Source: Chiloscyllium plagiosum (Eukaryota). From it: DNA of 64,000 nt. The notes beneath the pieces were generated by a model. That model did no database searches. It was not told where the DNA came from and worked only from the letters and a program-made list of their open reading frames with translations. The position numbers were made by a program, and so were the translations under genes. Below are positions 37,103-49,830 of the stretch, piece after piece; position 1 is the stretch's first letter; each line of letters starts with the position of its first letter. The stretch spans positions 104,038,342 through 104,102,341 of the forward strand of contig NC_057718.1 in NCBI RefSeq assembly GCF_004010195.1, in the 5' to 3' direction.

Positions 37103-38789
37103 TTAAGCACCCATCCTGGTACCTCTGTGAGGATTTCTGCCTCAGCAGCAACCCCCAGCCCGTGTCCCAGGCAGCGCAATTCCAGACCTCCACCACCCTG
37201 AGTGAAAAATGTTTTTTCAAGTCCCCTCTAAATGTTCTGCCCTCCATGTTAAAATGATGCCCCCTTTCCATTGACCCTTTGACCAAAGGGAACAGATGTT
37301 TCCTATCCACCTGTCCATGCCCTTCAGACACACCATGATCTGATTGAAGGGCAGAGCAGACTCAAAAAACTGAATTGCCTACTCTGTTTCTATGTCCCTA
37401 TTCTCCATGCATCTGACACTAAAGTTCGTGCACTTTGGAAAATGTCCTAACCTATCACAGTTAATATCACAGACTGAATAACTCTGATCCACAATACAAC
37501 TTGATCTGTAATATTCATAAGCTCAATTATATGCATTTATATCTGTCCTTAAAACTTGATTTGGTCAGCTCCTGTTAGTTATATACATCATGTTTGAAAA
37601 GGCCCTGATACACTGGCCTTGACTGCAAGAATGGATGGCTATAATTAACCAGAACTGTGTAGCCAAAGGCAACAATTAACTGATTTTTTTACCAGAACAG
37701 CTATTAATAGTTTCTCAACTGAAGAAAATAACGTAAGATTTGTTACACTCTGATCTTCCTCGCAGTGCACTGCTAATTGAATGATTAGATGGATGGCTGA
37801 CAATGATTTGCACCTTCCTTTTTTCACAAATGAAACATTTAGAAATTGTGAGCCTTACTTAATTCCAACAATAAGACACTGGAAACAACTTTTCTGATCA
37901 GTCAGCAGCTGTGGACAGAGAAATGTTTCAGGTCTGTGATTTCTCATCGGAACTGGGAAAAGTGCAGCAATCCTGACCCAACGTCTTCCAGGACTAAAGG
38001 CTGAAACCCTGCTCAGAATTAAGAAGGATTTAGATGTGCACTTGTGATGCCAAGAAGATGGGCCAAGTGATGGATATGGGATTGGAATAGTTAGGTTGTT
38101 GTTTCTGACCAGCACTGATTTGATGAGCCGAAGGGCTTATTTCCGTGCTGGAGACCTTGGTGACTCAAATTCTTGGGGCCAAATCCAGATGACCCACTCT
38201 TCCACCAGTCTCATCAGTTGAAAAATGCAGTTCAAGACTCCAGAATTAAACAAAATTCAACAGGACATGATTAAAAATAAACGTTAAAAAATGGTGACCC
38301 TGTGTCAAGTAACTCCTTGCATTTCTCTGATGTTCCACAAATCGTACAATCAGCCGACACTGCAGGTAGCAGAGGAAACATCTTATTGATGTGGAGCATA
38401 AAAGAAAATGGTTTTCATGAAATGTTTCATGAGCTCCGTGCAGCATATTTTAGTTACATTTCCAAGGAAGAGCTTCAATCATAAGGATCAGAAAAATATT
38501 CCTTGCTAATTTTCACAGCAGTGCAACCCATTTTTTACAGACCGAGAGTAAAATGAAAAAAATAATTGACACTTCCACTTTGAAATGCACAACAAAAGAA
38601 CACAGTTTCCGATTCCAAGCACAGGCTGTGATAGATTATACATCAGCTACATCTTGATGCTTTGGGGTATTAATGGGCAGATTCATCATAAAGTCTGATT
38701 GGTTGACTTCTAGTCAAGTGTAAATATGAACCAAATGCAGATATCACTCAGGAATTTTCCAATCTATTTGACCCAGTAGAATTTGAGTG

Positions 38790-39280
38790 ACCATGAGATG
38801 TAGAAGCAGAAATAGGCCATTCAGCCCATCGAGTGTCGTTCAATGAGATTGTGGCTGATCTGATTTAACTCCACTTTCCTGCCTTTTCCCCTATGCCTCC
38901 ATTCCCTTCTTGATTTGTCTGTATCAGCCTTGAATATACTCAATGACCTGGCCTCTGTGGTAAAGAATTCCACAGATTCACTCCCCTCTGAGAGAAAATA
39001 TTCCTCCGCATCTCTGTCTTCAATGTGAGCTCCCTTAATCTGAGATGATGCCCATTGGACCTAAACCCTCCCACGGGGGAAACAACCTTTTCACATCTCC
39101 CCTGCCAATCCTCTAAGAATCTTGCTTGTTTAAGTGCTTTTCATTCTTTAAAACCCCAATGAAAACAGCCCAAACCTGCTCAACCTTTCCTCCTTTCCTA
39201 GTCCCTTCATACACAGGATCACCCCAGTCAACTTTCTCTGGACTGCCTGCAATATCAATGTATCATTCCTTAGATAAGGA
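38790..39280 (-). mobile_element. Old CR1 3' region
   Basis: gaaataggccattcagcccatc tail; aattccacagattcac (NLWN) motif. Confidence 0.7.
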
Positions 39281-40842
39281 GAACGGAGTTCCTTCTCTCA
39301 GAAGGACTGAGACTAAAGCCAGATCAAAACTTTTCTGTCAGTGAGGCACTCCTTCAGTATTACAATGAAATGTCAGCCTGGATTAACGCGCTAAAACCTA
39401 GAGGAACAAAGAATATATCAGGAAACGCTGTTAGCAGGAATCGCAGATAATTCCTGGATAAGAAAATTTGAAACAGAGGTTCACATAGATGACAAAAGAC
39501 AGAGAAAAGGCTGAATCCCCTCAGGAATTAAATTCTCCCGAAACCCTGATTCTATTCCTATTAAGAAAAAAGCGGTTGTAAAGAGCACTAAACTCTGACA
39601 GGGACATATTCTACCACACAGGGGGAAACAAAAACAGTCCCTGAATTCTCCTGCTTGCTGAATGTTTCATGATGTGACCTGATCACTGTCTTCTACAGAT
39701 ATGATTGGAACATCTGACAAACTGCAGCAAAACAGTGAATCTATCAGGGCCAACACTTGCTAACTGGATCATCTCGCAGGATCTACCATTCTTTCATTCC
39801 AGAAAGGTTATTAATTTTTTAGCTGTACCTTTGCTGAAGGACATGTATTTTTAGTTATAACAAAAGGAAAACGCATTTTACTTGCACTTTCTATCCATAA
39901 TTCTTTAACTTGTGGAGTTCTTTCATTAAGGACAAGATTTCAAGAGGGACTCACTCTTTTATTTATAGCATACATCATTCCAAACAATTTCCACAATCTC
40001 ACCCAGATTATTTTGTCGCACTTTTTTCTTGCAGTCTGTCTGTCCTTAATATTCACCTTGATTCCATTCTGTAAATCCTTCCTGTCCCACCTGAATTATC
40101 CTCTCACTGTTTTAGTGATCTGTTGCTCTTTATTACAGCAGACCTGAATTACTCTTTAAATAAAACAAAGACCCAAAACAAACAAAAAACAGAGTTCATG
40201 TTTCAAGGTGAACAACTCCAGTTCTGAAGAAGACTCACTGGATTGGAGCCATTAACTCTGTTTCTCTCTCCACAGACGCTGTGTAGATTTGCTGAGTTTC
40301 TCTGGCATGGTCTGTTTAGGTCTCTTCTTGAATTACCCGCAGAGTACTCTCAGGGCTTTTGGAAGATCTCCTCTATCCAGCTTCAGACTCCTTACTTAAC
40401 AAGGGACAGACTTCCTCAGAGACAATGTCAGGGAAGCTCATGGGATGGTTTCCTAGGATGAGAGGAGTCTCCTCTGAGGAATGGTTAAACAGAGCAGGCT
40501 TATATTCTCTGGAGTTCAGAAGAAATTGAAAGCTAAAGAGTGGAATTTTCAATTCCCTGTGCTGGCAACTTTGAAGGCGCTAGGCCTCAATATATTACAC
40601 TGACCACTAACAAAGCATACAGCAGAACTATTCAACAAGTCAATTACAGCGAGGTGTAACTATTAGAGAATAGCTATAATGGGGAGAGTGGTTATAATAG
40701 AGGAGGTTTAATTATCTGTATACAGTAGTAGTGTAAGGGACAGTGAGGGACAAGCATTCTTAGTTGGCATTCAGGTGAATTTCGTACAGCAATAAGTGTC
40801 CAGTCCAACAAACACTGCGCCTATCTGGTCCTCGGAATTGAG

Positions 40843-41178
40843 GGAGGTGATGGCCTAGTGGTGTTATCACTGGACTGTTAATCCAGAGACCCAGGTCATG
40901 TTCCAGGGATCCGGGCTCAAATCCCACCACTGCAGATGGTGGAATTTGAATTCAACAAAAAAAATCTGGAATTAAGGTCTAATGATGACCATGAACCTGT
41001 GGATGATTGTTGGAAAAAACCCATCCGGTTCAATAATCTCCTTCAGGAAAGGAAACTGCCATCCTGATCTGGTCTGGCCTACATGTGGTTCCAGACCCAC
41101 AGCGATGTGGTTGATTCTTAACTGCCCTATTGGCAATAAATGCTGACAGTGACATCCTCATCCCATGAATGAAGAAAA
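40843..41178 (+). mobile_element. tRNA-derived SINE (family C), best-preserved copy
   Basis: A box tggcctagtgg, B box-like gggctcaaatccc, tail ggcaataaatgctg...cccatgaatgaagaaaa. Confidence 0.8.
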
Positions 41179-41639
41179 GGTGAGCCACGCAGAGAACATT
41201 GAGGGGGTAGTGAACATTGTACTCCCATTGAGGATTGCCTGTGTCCACTGGAAATGCAGCCCCATGAGCTAGCTGACTCTTTTAGACCCAACCCTTCCAT
41301 GGCTTCTCAAACCCAGCCATCATCACTGGGGACTGCCAGGCAGGATGTCCAGGGGTCGCAGACCTGCCTACAGTCCAACCACCATTAGCTCCTTTTCATT
41401 GGGAATAGTCTGTAGTGACCACCCAAACATGGCATTGTTGGGGCCGTTTGAGCACGGCTGGCAGCTCTCAAGGTTGGCATTTATTCCTCAGGTAAGGGCA
41501 AAAGTCAGGTCTTTGGCCAATCAATAGCCGTCTGAATGTGAAACAGTTACTGGGCAGCCCGTATCAGTGCTAAAGTGTCCCTGATGAATCTTCGAGTGGC
41601 AAGAGGAGAAACCAAGCCATCTGAAAAATCCTACCCACC

Positions 41640-41750
41640 ATGCCCGAAACGTCGATTCTCCTGCTCCTTGGATGCTGCCTGAACTGCTGCGCTTTTCCAG
41701 CAACACATTTTCAGCTCTGATCTCCATCATCTGCAGTCCTCACTTTCTCC
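41640..41750 (+). mobile_element. Penelope-type terminal repeat (3' half of hammerhead motif only)
   Basis: gcccgaaacgtcgattctcctgctcc..gatgctgcctga..gcttttccagca; same family as 36908-37102. Confidence 0.7.
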
Positions 41751-42439
41751 TCCAATCTAAACTAGTCACCAGAATCTCAGGAGAAGGGGTTGCCATTTAG
41801 GACTGAGATGAGGAGACGTCTTTTCAATCAGAGGCTGGTGTTTCTTTGGACATTTCTCCTGCAGAGATTTGTGGGTGATCAGTCACTGGGTAAAGTTCAA
41901 GCCTGGGCCAATAGATCTTTGGGCGTAGGGATGTGATGATCGAGGCAGGAAATGAAGTCAAGATAAAAGATCAGCCATGGTCCTATGAATGGCAGAATAG
42001 CTGCACAAGTTAAATAGCCTAATCCTGTTCAGATTTTTTACGTTCGTGTAAAGAATAGCATGAAATTGGCAGATCAAGATTAAAGGAGTGATTGCAGAAT
42101 GACACATTCACAAATCCTTGCACGGTGCCTACCATTCTCACTATGGTTTTAGCAGCTCCGTGAGCTCAGGCAGACGTCAACTACAGTTGAGTTGTCAACA
42201 CATTGAGAGAGTGCATTTCCAACAAGTACCTCTGCACTACAGCGACAGGTAAACTGCGCGAGTCAGGTTATCGTGGACTAAGGAAGAGTCCTCCAGGATT
42301 ATGGTCCAGCCACAGTGAAGGAACAGTGATGTATTTCCATATTAGGATGATGTGGGGCTTGGAGAGGAACACATACGGGCTGGTGTTCTCGATTATTTGA
42401 AAAAGTAAATCACAGCATTGAACATGAAACTTAGAAATC

Positions 42440-42722
42440 GAGTGGCTCAGTGGTTAGCACTGCTGCCTCACAGTGCCAGGGACCTGGGTTTGATTCCAAT
42501 CATGGGTGACTGTCTGTGTGGAGTTTGCACATTCTCCCCATGTCTGTGTGGGTTCCTCCGGGTAATCCACTTCCCATCCACAATTCAAAGATGTGCAGGT
42601 TAGCATGGATTGACCATGGAAAATACAGGGATAGGGTGAATCTGGATTGGATGCTCTTTGGAAGGTCAGTGTGGATGCGATGGACAGAATGGCCTGTTTC
42701 CACACTATAGGCATTCTATGAT
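42440..42722 (+). mobile_element. HE1/V-SINE
   Basis: gtggctcagtggttagcactgctgcctcacag head, V-domain, CR1-like tail. Confidence 0.9.
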
Positions 42723-43224
42723 CTTCAAGAACCAGTCCCAAATATAAACCTGTCTCACTCTTCTCAGGAAATCTTTCTCATCCTAATGGACAGAACGTAT
42801 TGAGTGATATGAGGTACTAACTGTCTTGTATTACATTAGACACTGACACACTGTGATAGCAGTCTCTACCATCTACAAGATATCTGCAAAAAAAGTCACC
42901 ATTTTTGACTGCACTTTAAACCCAACAGCAATACGTTTCATGTAGTTAAACAGCCAGATGTACTTCCCCTTAGGTCTACCTGAGATTTCACAAGACTCTC
43001 TCTTGTAGCTCAGAGGTCATGCAACTAACTATTAAGTATTATATAATAAACATACTCTGTTCAATAGGGACCAAGACTTCTGTAGAAGAGGTTGTGTGGT
43101 CTGTGTTGGTGACAGGAAGTAGGACTGGTGACAGTGAATCTGTCCAAAACATCTCAGATGGTATCAGTGGACACAGCCATAACAGTTACAACTGGATGGA
43201 GTTAATTTACGGTGGATGTAGTGC

Positions 43225-43428
43225 CAATCAAGTTTGTCCTGGATGGTGTCGAGCTTCTTGAGTGTTGTTGGAGCTGCACCCATCCAGGGTAATTGGGGAG
43301 TATTCCATCACACTCCTGAGTTGTGCTTTATAAATGGTGGGCAGGCTTTGGGGAGTCAGAAGGTGAGTTACTCGCTGCAGGATTCCCAGCCTCTGACCTG
43401 CTCTTGAAGTCACTGTGTTTATATGGCT
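43225..43428 (-). mobile_element. Zenon-like CR1-clade LINE fragment
   Basis: HINTVTSRAGQRLGILQRVTHLLTPQSLPTIYKAQLRSVMEYSP; same family as 57750-58470. Confidence 0.75.
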
Positions 43429-44683
43429 GACCGTAGGTTCCAACATTTGTGAAATGGTTAAGTTCTGGTGCTTAACAGTTAAATGTGTAATTTCAAATTA
43501 CTTTGCAACTGACAGAGTAACACAGAATGGGTGGACAGTTAAAAGAAAAATGTGAGATCACTAACAAATCCATCTCGTACACAAGCTGTCAACTTCGCTT
43601 CAAAGATGCATGGGCTACAAACTGCTGGCTCCATATTCGTTACTTAATTTGTATCCCATCCTCGAAATTTGCCTTGAATCAACGTGAGTAACTTTTATTT
43701 CTGACATTGTGTGACGCTAATTATTGTATGCCAGTCAATAACAGGCTTCAGAACTCAGTAAAAATGCTCTTTTTAGTATGTTGTTTTTCAGCTGTCAATC
43801 ATTCAAACAGCTACAAGTCAAAGGGAACATCTGACAATATCTGGACTCTTCACTGGTGTCATAAAAAGATTCAATTCCACATTAATGCAAATTTCCACTA
43901 AAAGTTACAAAGTACCTTTTTGAAGGAGTATTATCTGGTGTGTAAGGCAAAGTATGGTTTGTTCGCATGAACTTACAAAATAAGAACAGGATGTGCATCA
44001 TTTGGCCCCCCTCAAGCCAACTCTGTTCTCCAATAAAATGGTGACTGCGATAGGGTTAGTGTTAGCCGTCTCTCTCACACACGTCCCTGATAACCTCTGA
44101 CTTGCATCAATGTTGATACTGCGGTGAGTTGTGCTGGCCCCTGTATCACACCCATTGACCATCTGTAAACCTAAACTGTGTCTTCGTGCCCTGCCTCGAG
44201 CTCGGTCCCATCGTCATCCAAGAGTTCTCCATGATGAGCGAGCCGCGCCCATCAGTGAAAACAATAAAAAATCCAAACCTGCACACAGCTTCCCACAGCT
44301 GCATTGTTAGGGAGGCAGTGGAATAGTGGTAATGTTGTTGTCTTATTTCCCCTCAAAGCCCTCCTTAGGTCCTGGGAACATAGGTCCAAACCCCTCTCTG
44401 GCAGCAGGTAGAATTTAAGATCAACTTTTTAGAAAATTAAACCTGGAATTATAAAGTCAGCTCAGTAATCCAACAGTGAATTCATGGATTAAAAAAACAG
44501 TCCAGTTCACAAATGCTGTTTAATCACTAATGCTCTTTAGAGAATCCTTACTGGCTCTTGTTTGGCCAGGGTCTGAAAGGGTTAATACTGAGCTGTGCCT
44601 TTAGCACCACCCACCATGATGACATCATGGGGAGTGATGATTTGTTCTGGCTCCTAGCTCTTATGTTCTTATGGTATTTCTCC

Positions 44684-45263
44684 CTCCCACTGAATCCAGA
44701 GAATGTGGTGAAGGTACTGCTGGTGGAATCTCTCCAGTTCTTTTATTTGTCACCGAAACACAGTCCGTGTCTCACTGCAGTTCATTAGTGTGGGCCCTTC
44801 AACAGTCATGTACATTCAGACTTCTGAACAGATGCTGGATTCCTTCTCAAAGCCATCCCTACGCTCAGGCAAAACTCCTGCAAAAGGAACCTTGATGGGT
44901 TGGACACGGTGTCCGGAAGTTGGAAAGTCACTCTGCCCCCAGGTCCATTTCTGTCAACTCTCACCTGACCAATGTCCCAAGGGCAGGCAAAGAAAACTAT
45001 AGAAAGACTCATCAAAAATGACATTAATTTGTCCACCAAAGTGTGTCCAAATGCCTTAACATTGAGGCAGGGCTGTGATAGAGAAGAAAGGGAAAGAAAG
45101 CAAATCCTGTATGCAGGTTCCACGTTCCCATGCGGGACATCCTGCCCCATGTATCTAAAGGTCTAGGGTTTGACAATTGGCCTCATCAGTCACATGAAGA
45201 CGCACAGCAGAAACTCATAACCCTGAGCAGAAGTCATTCTTGAATCAAGGGACAGTTAAAGAC
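44684..45263. mobile_element. RTE-clade LINE with inverted 5' segment
   Basis: Minus 44684-44826 reads YMTVEGPTLMNCSETRTVFR*QIKELERFHQQYLHHILWIQWE; plus ~44840-45263 continues the ORF (CQL..QCPKGRQRK...IGLISHMKTH). Confidence 0.78.
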
Positions 45264-45299
45264 AATATTTCCAGGTGTTATCATTTCTATCTGGGTGGG

Positions 45300-45567
45300 T
45301 TCCCTGCTTGTATCGCTGTGGTAGTGATCCTACCTCTAGACTGGGAGGTTTGGGTTCAAGTCCCACTTGTTCCAGAGGTGTGAAATAACATCTCTGAACA
45401 AGTTGATTAGAAAAACAAGTTAAATAAAATAAAAATTTAATTACTCTCTGGAAGTGGGCTCTTCCAGTGCAGTGGCAATGTCCATACCTCTAGGCTAGTA
45501 GACCCAGGTTCAAGTCTCATATGCTTTGAAGGTGTGTCATAACATCTCTGAGCAGATTGATTAAAAA
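45300..45567 (+). mobile_element. Two tandem copies of short tRNA-derived SINE (family D)
   Basis: Both carry a ggttcaagtc B box and an ataacatctctga.ca..ttgatta tail. Confidence 0.65.
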
Positions 45568-47059
45568 GTGCTTAATTTCTTTGCTTGATTAGAATATAAA
45601 ACACTATTAATTTAAATGTTCCTCAACTCACCTTTTTCCGAATTGACCAATAAGAGTGACTATACTCAGGTTTAGTTTGGATTGTGGCTGGATATTTGGT
45701 ACATATTCCTCATCCCTGAACTCCAGGTTACTTTCTTTCACAGTTAATGTGTGATTCTGTTGATCACAATACTACACATAGCACTAAGTGTGGCCTTGAA
45801 CGAAATATGCACTAATAAAGTTGGAATATTGTTCTTTTATACGTGGGAGAAAAACAATAATTTCTCACAATTCTGCAGTGGAATTTGTGAAGGGGGGGCA
45901 AGCTGGGGAATCGGGGAAGTGTCACTATTTAAAATAAATTCCAAGATTGTTTATTGGTGTTATTAATTTCTCCTGCACTGATTGAAACTTCAAAACCTTA
46001 GAAAAATGGGATAATGTTTTACCCTTCAAACGTTGAGATAATTCTGAAACAATATTTGCAGGAAGTATCAGTGATATGGATAAATCGATCAGAGAACAAT
46101 GAAGAGAAATGTTAACTTATTGTTTTTTTTCTTGTTTAAAACTTACTCTTAAATGATTGTCCAAAGACATCTTGTAAGAAAAGGTCACTGTCTTTAACTT
46201 TCCTTTGATACATGAAAAGGCTTTGAGCAGCTGGATGCATTGCCTTGATTAATCTGCATGTCGATAGCAGGCAGTCCGGGCCACAGACTTCAGATTAGGG
46301 ATATTCCACTGAGCGCTAATAGACTCGGAGAACAAAACACGAGTATCAATCATGCCCTTTTTTTCCAGTCAGTGAATCCTCAGCCCAGGTCCTATTGATG
46401 AGCGACTGGAATAATACCGAAATGCAATTTAAGATCAATTCTTCCTGGTTATGCTGCAACTCAGAGTGAACAAAGGAGAAACTGTAGAATTAAAACCAAC
46501 GAAAGTCAGTGAGTGGGAAGAGAGGGGAGTGGATTAGCCTGAGGTGTAGTAATATACAGCAAGTTTAACTGAAAATAGGAATCCCCAGCTGGGATCAAAC
46601 CAGTGGTGATTTGTACTCTAACTTCAGGGGATGTGTTCACAACTGTCGGATACTGTAAGCAGTAGCTGAACAGCTTGTTTCAGCAGAATGCTATGTTTCC
46701 TACCAGGACAAAGTGAAGTTCCCATAATTTACCAAGGCACTGACAGAAAGGCCTGGTTGTGTGGGTCCACTACTCCCCCTCTGTCCTATCTTGACCAGTC
46801 TCTCACGTTCAGCAACACACCTAGAAATCATCTGCATATCGAGAAATTGCAGCCGTGCTGTTAATAAAACAAAAAGTGACCAGGATATTCTGTTACAACA
46901 GTTCTTGAATTATGCATAAATACTGAGCTTGGAGTCTTCATCCTCACTGAGTCAGGAATTTCATAAACATCAAATTAATATCTCTGCATTAGCAGAACAC
47001 ATTTGTCACAATTTTGTAATGTTAGCACAGCCATGTAGCTCCTGATGTGGTGTACCATA

Positions 47060-47570
47060 AGAGATGTATAGATGTCCTTACTTGAGGAGGGATGAAGTCA
47101 TATTGCCCGCAGTTCAGAGGTTCACTAGATTGATTCCAGAGATGGTGGGTTCTGAAGAGAGATTGATCAGTTTAAGCCGATACTCTCTGGAGTTCAGAAG
47201 AATGAGAGGAAATCTAACTGAGGGATATAAGATGCCAAAGGGGATTGACAAGGTAGACATAGAGAAGATGTTCCCCCTTGTGGGGCAATCTCGAACAAGA
47301 GGTAGCAGGTTTTAAACAGAGATGAGAAGGAATTACTTCCTTCAAAGGGTCATGAATCTGTGGAATTCACTCCTCCAGAGGGCGGTGGATGTTAGGACAT
47401 TGAGTAAATTTAAAGAGGAGGCAGATTTCTCAGTAATGGGTTAAAGAGTCATGGAGAGCGGGCAGGGTAGTGGAGCTGAGGCCGAGATTAGATCAGCCCT
47501 GATCGTATTAAAAGGCAGAGCAGGCTCAAGGAGCTGAATGGCCTACTCCTCCTCCTAGCTCTTATGGTTC
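47060..47570 (+). mobile_element. CR1 3' region
   Basis: ORF 47064..47315 (VQRFTRLIPEM...YSLEFRRMRGNL...RTRG). Confidence 0.85.
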
Positions 47571-49244
47571 TGAGAATATTTCCAATCCTTCTTGATGAAC
47601 AGAGATTCTCTTCTGCCAAGGTCCCCAGACCTTAAATGAAGGAAACCGTACAATTCTTTGTTGTATTTTCTCATTGACTTCTGTTCCAGTGCACTCTGTC
47701 ATTCAAGAATTTCCAATCCATTTTCATCAAGAACATAGATTTCCTCCAAATTTCAATCACTAATACTTGGAATGGAGAGATTAAATTTGTAAAAAATTAT
47801 TCTTCTCTTGCACCTCTTCCTGGGACCAGTTAGTCTGATCCCACAGGATATTGAGCTGTGAACACATTTGGTGGAGGATTCTTACACATCCCCATCAACA
47901 AAGATTTATCTAGACTGATGTAGAGGACTGAACTTTGGATCTCGCCAAATAGCGAGTCCTGAAAATGCCTTCACTGTATTAAGATCAGGTAAGGGCTGCA
48001 CTCACTCAGATAAATGAGCATCAATGGACTTCATTGAGTGTATGACTATACACAAGAGACGCTAGGCAAGGTACCGTTGGACACATTCAGCTCCTGAATC
48101 CATCTGATCTCATATCGTTGATGATATACCCATTCTGCTATACCTCCACCCACTGCACTCTCTTTAACCAGGATCATTGAGCTGCACAGTTAACCATTAA
48201 TATTCAACCACTAATAGTTTTCTCTTTATTCTCTCATTCCCCCATTAATCTATTTTCCATGCAAGGTATAAACTCAAACCGGGTTTGCGGCTCTGTCAGG
48301 GGGTGCTGTCTTTTGGATGGAGGTATGTAAATATAAGCCAGCACTATCCTGTCATGTGGAGGTAGGATTCCATCACAATACTTTGACTGAAGAACAGGGA
48401 TGTTTTTCTCAGTGTTCTGGTCAATATTTCTCACTGCCTGTCATGCGGGCATTGGGAGCAATGCTGTCTCCAATCCTGATGGAATGACTGGTGTTAGGAA
48501 TATGGCGAACTGGTCAAAGCTTGTTTAAAAAACACAGAAACATCGAAGATAGGAGCAGGACCACGCCATTCAGCCCTTCAAGCCTGCTCCGCCATCCAAT
48601 CAGATCACGGCTGATAATCCAACTCAGTCCCCTGTTCCCACTTTCTCCCCATAGCCTTTGATCCCTTTAGACCCAAGAACTCTACCTAACTCCTTGAAAA
48701 CATTCAATGCTTTGGCCTCAACCTCTTTCCATAAGATAGAATTCTGTAATAGGATGGAGGTTTATACAAATGATGGTACTTAATTATGTCTTGATGATGG
48801 AGCTGGTCCTTCTATTGTGTATTGTATTGTGTTCAGTTAAAGCTGACTGGTATTCACTCAGATGTCACTGCAGGCAGTGTACTATGGCAGAAGTAGGCAG
48901 ATTCTTGTTAGACAGGGGAATCAGAGATTCTCAGGGATAAAAAGGAACCCAGATAGATCAACCAGGATCTTATCGAATGAAGGAGCAGATTTGAAGGGTT
49001 GAGTGGCCCTAGTTCTGTTCCTGGTTTGTATATTCGAAGGTAAAGGGAGATACTGCACTTTCTATAAAGTGAATAACAAAATGTACACATTCAAACACTG
49101 ATCAACTCATTACACTCTGCCAATAAAACCAGACAAAAGGAAAGAGAGCATGGCACAGCCTGATTGCCCACATCTCTACGGAGAAGGCCTGGTGATTTGA
49201 GAGTTCCTCAACCACGGTCCATGGTACAGTTTTATAATGGGGCA

Positions 49245-49550
49245 GGTCCTTAAGGATAGCCTGAGAGGATCCCTAAACATATCAAACATCCCCATTGACT
49301 CATGAGAGTCACCAGCTCATGACTCACCAAAATGGAGAATCTGGAAAAGCAGCAAACACACTGGGAGAGTTTGTCAGGAAAGTACAGAGACAATGCTGAG
49401 ACATTGAAGATAGCACACAAACCTCCAAACAACCTTTTAGCCCCACTATCCCCACGTAGGAAGGAGACTGTAGGTCACTTGTTAGACTTAGCAACCATCT
49501 CCGAACACATTGAACCGGAAGCAAATCATTCCTGATCCTGAGGGCGAGCC
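49245..49550 (+). mobile_element. RTE-clade LINE 3' end
   Basis: KDSLRGSLNISNIPIDS*ESPAHDSPKWR ... DCRSLVRLSNHLRTH. Confidence 0.6.
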
Positions 49551-49589
49551 GGGGATAGAGAGTGGATGACGATGCAGTTCAGGTGCCAG

Positions 49590-49830
49590 GACTTCCGAGC
49601 CCTCAAGATCCTGGATTCAAACCCCACTCCAGGAACTGAGCAACTCAAACCCTAAGGCTGATGTTCCAATGCAGTACTGAGGGAGCACTGCACTGTCTGC
49701 TTGTTCAGATCCACGTAAAGATCCCATAGCAGCACCTTAAAGAACAGCTGGAGAGTTCTCCCTGGTCACCTGTGAACCTATCCCTCAAACAGCATCACCA
49801 AAACAGAGTAACTGCTTAGTATCCCATTGT
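49590..49830 (+). mobile_element. Deu-domain SINE fragment
   Basis: gcagtactgagggagcactgcactgtc; aagatcccatagc; ggagagttctccctggtc. Confidence 0.7.

Noticed and set aside
41581..41655. CTGATGA ~58 nt upstream of GAAACGTC as an extended hammerhead
   Set aside because: The intervening sequence does not form stem II and the repeat begins at ~41640, so it is probably coincidental.
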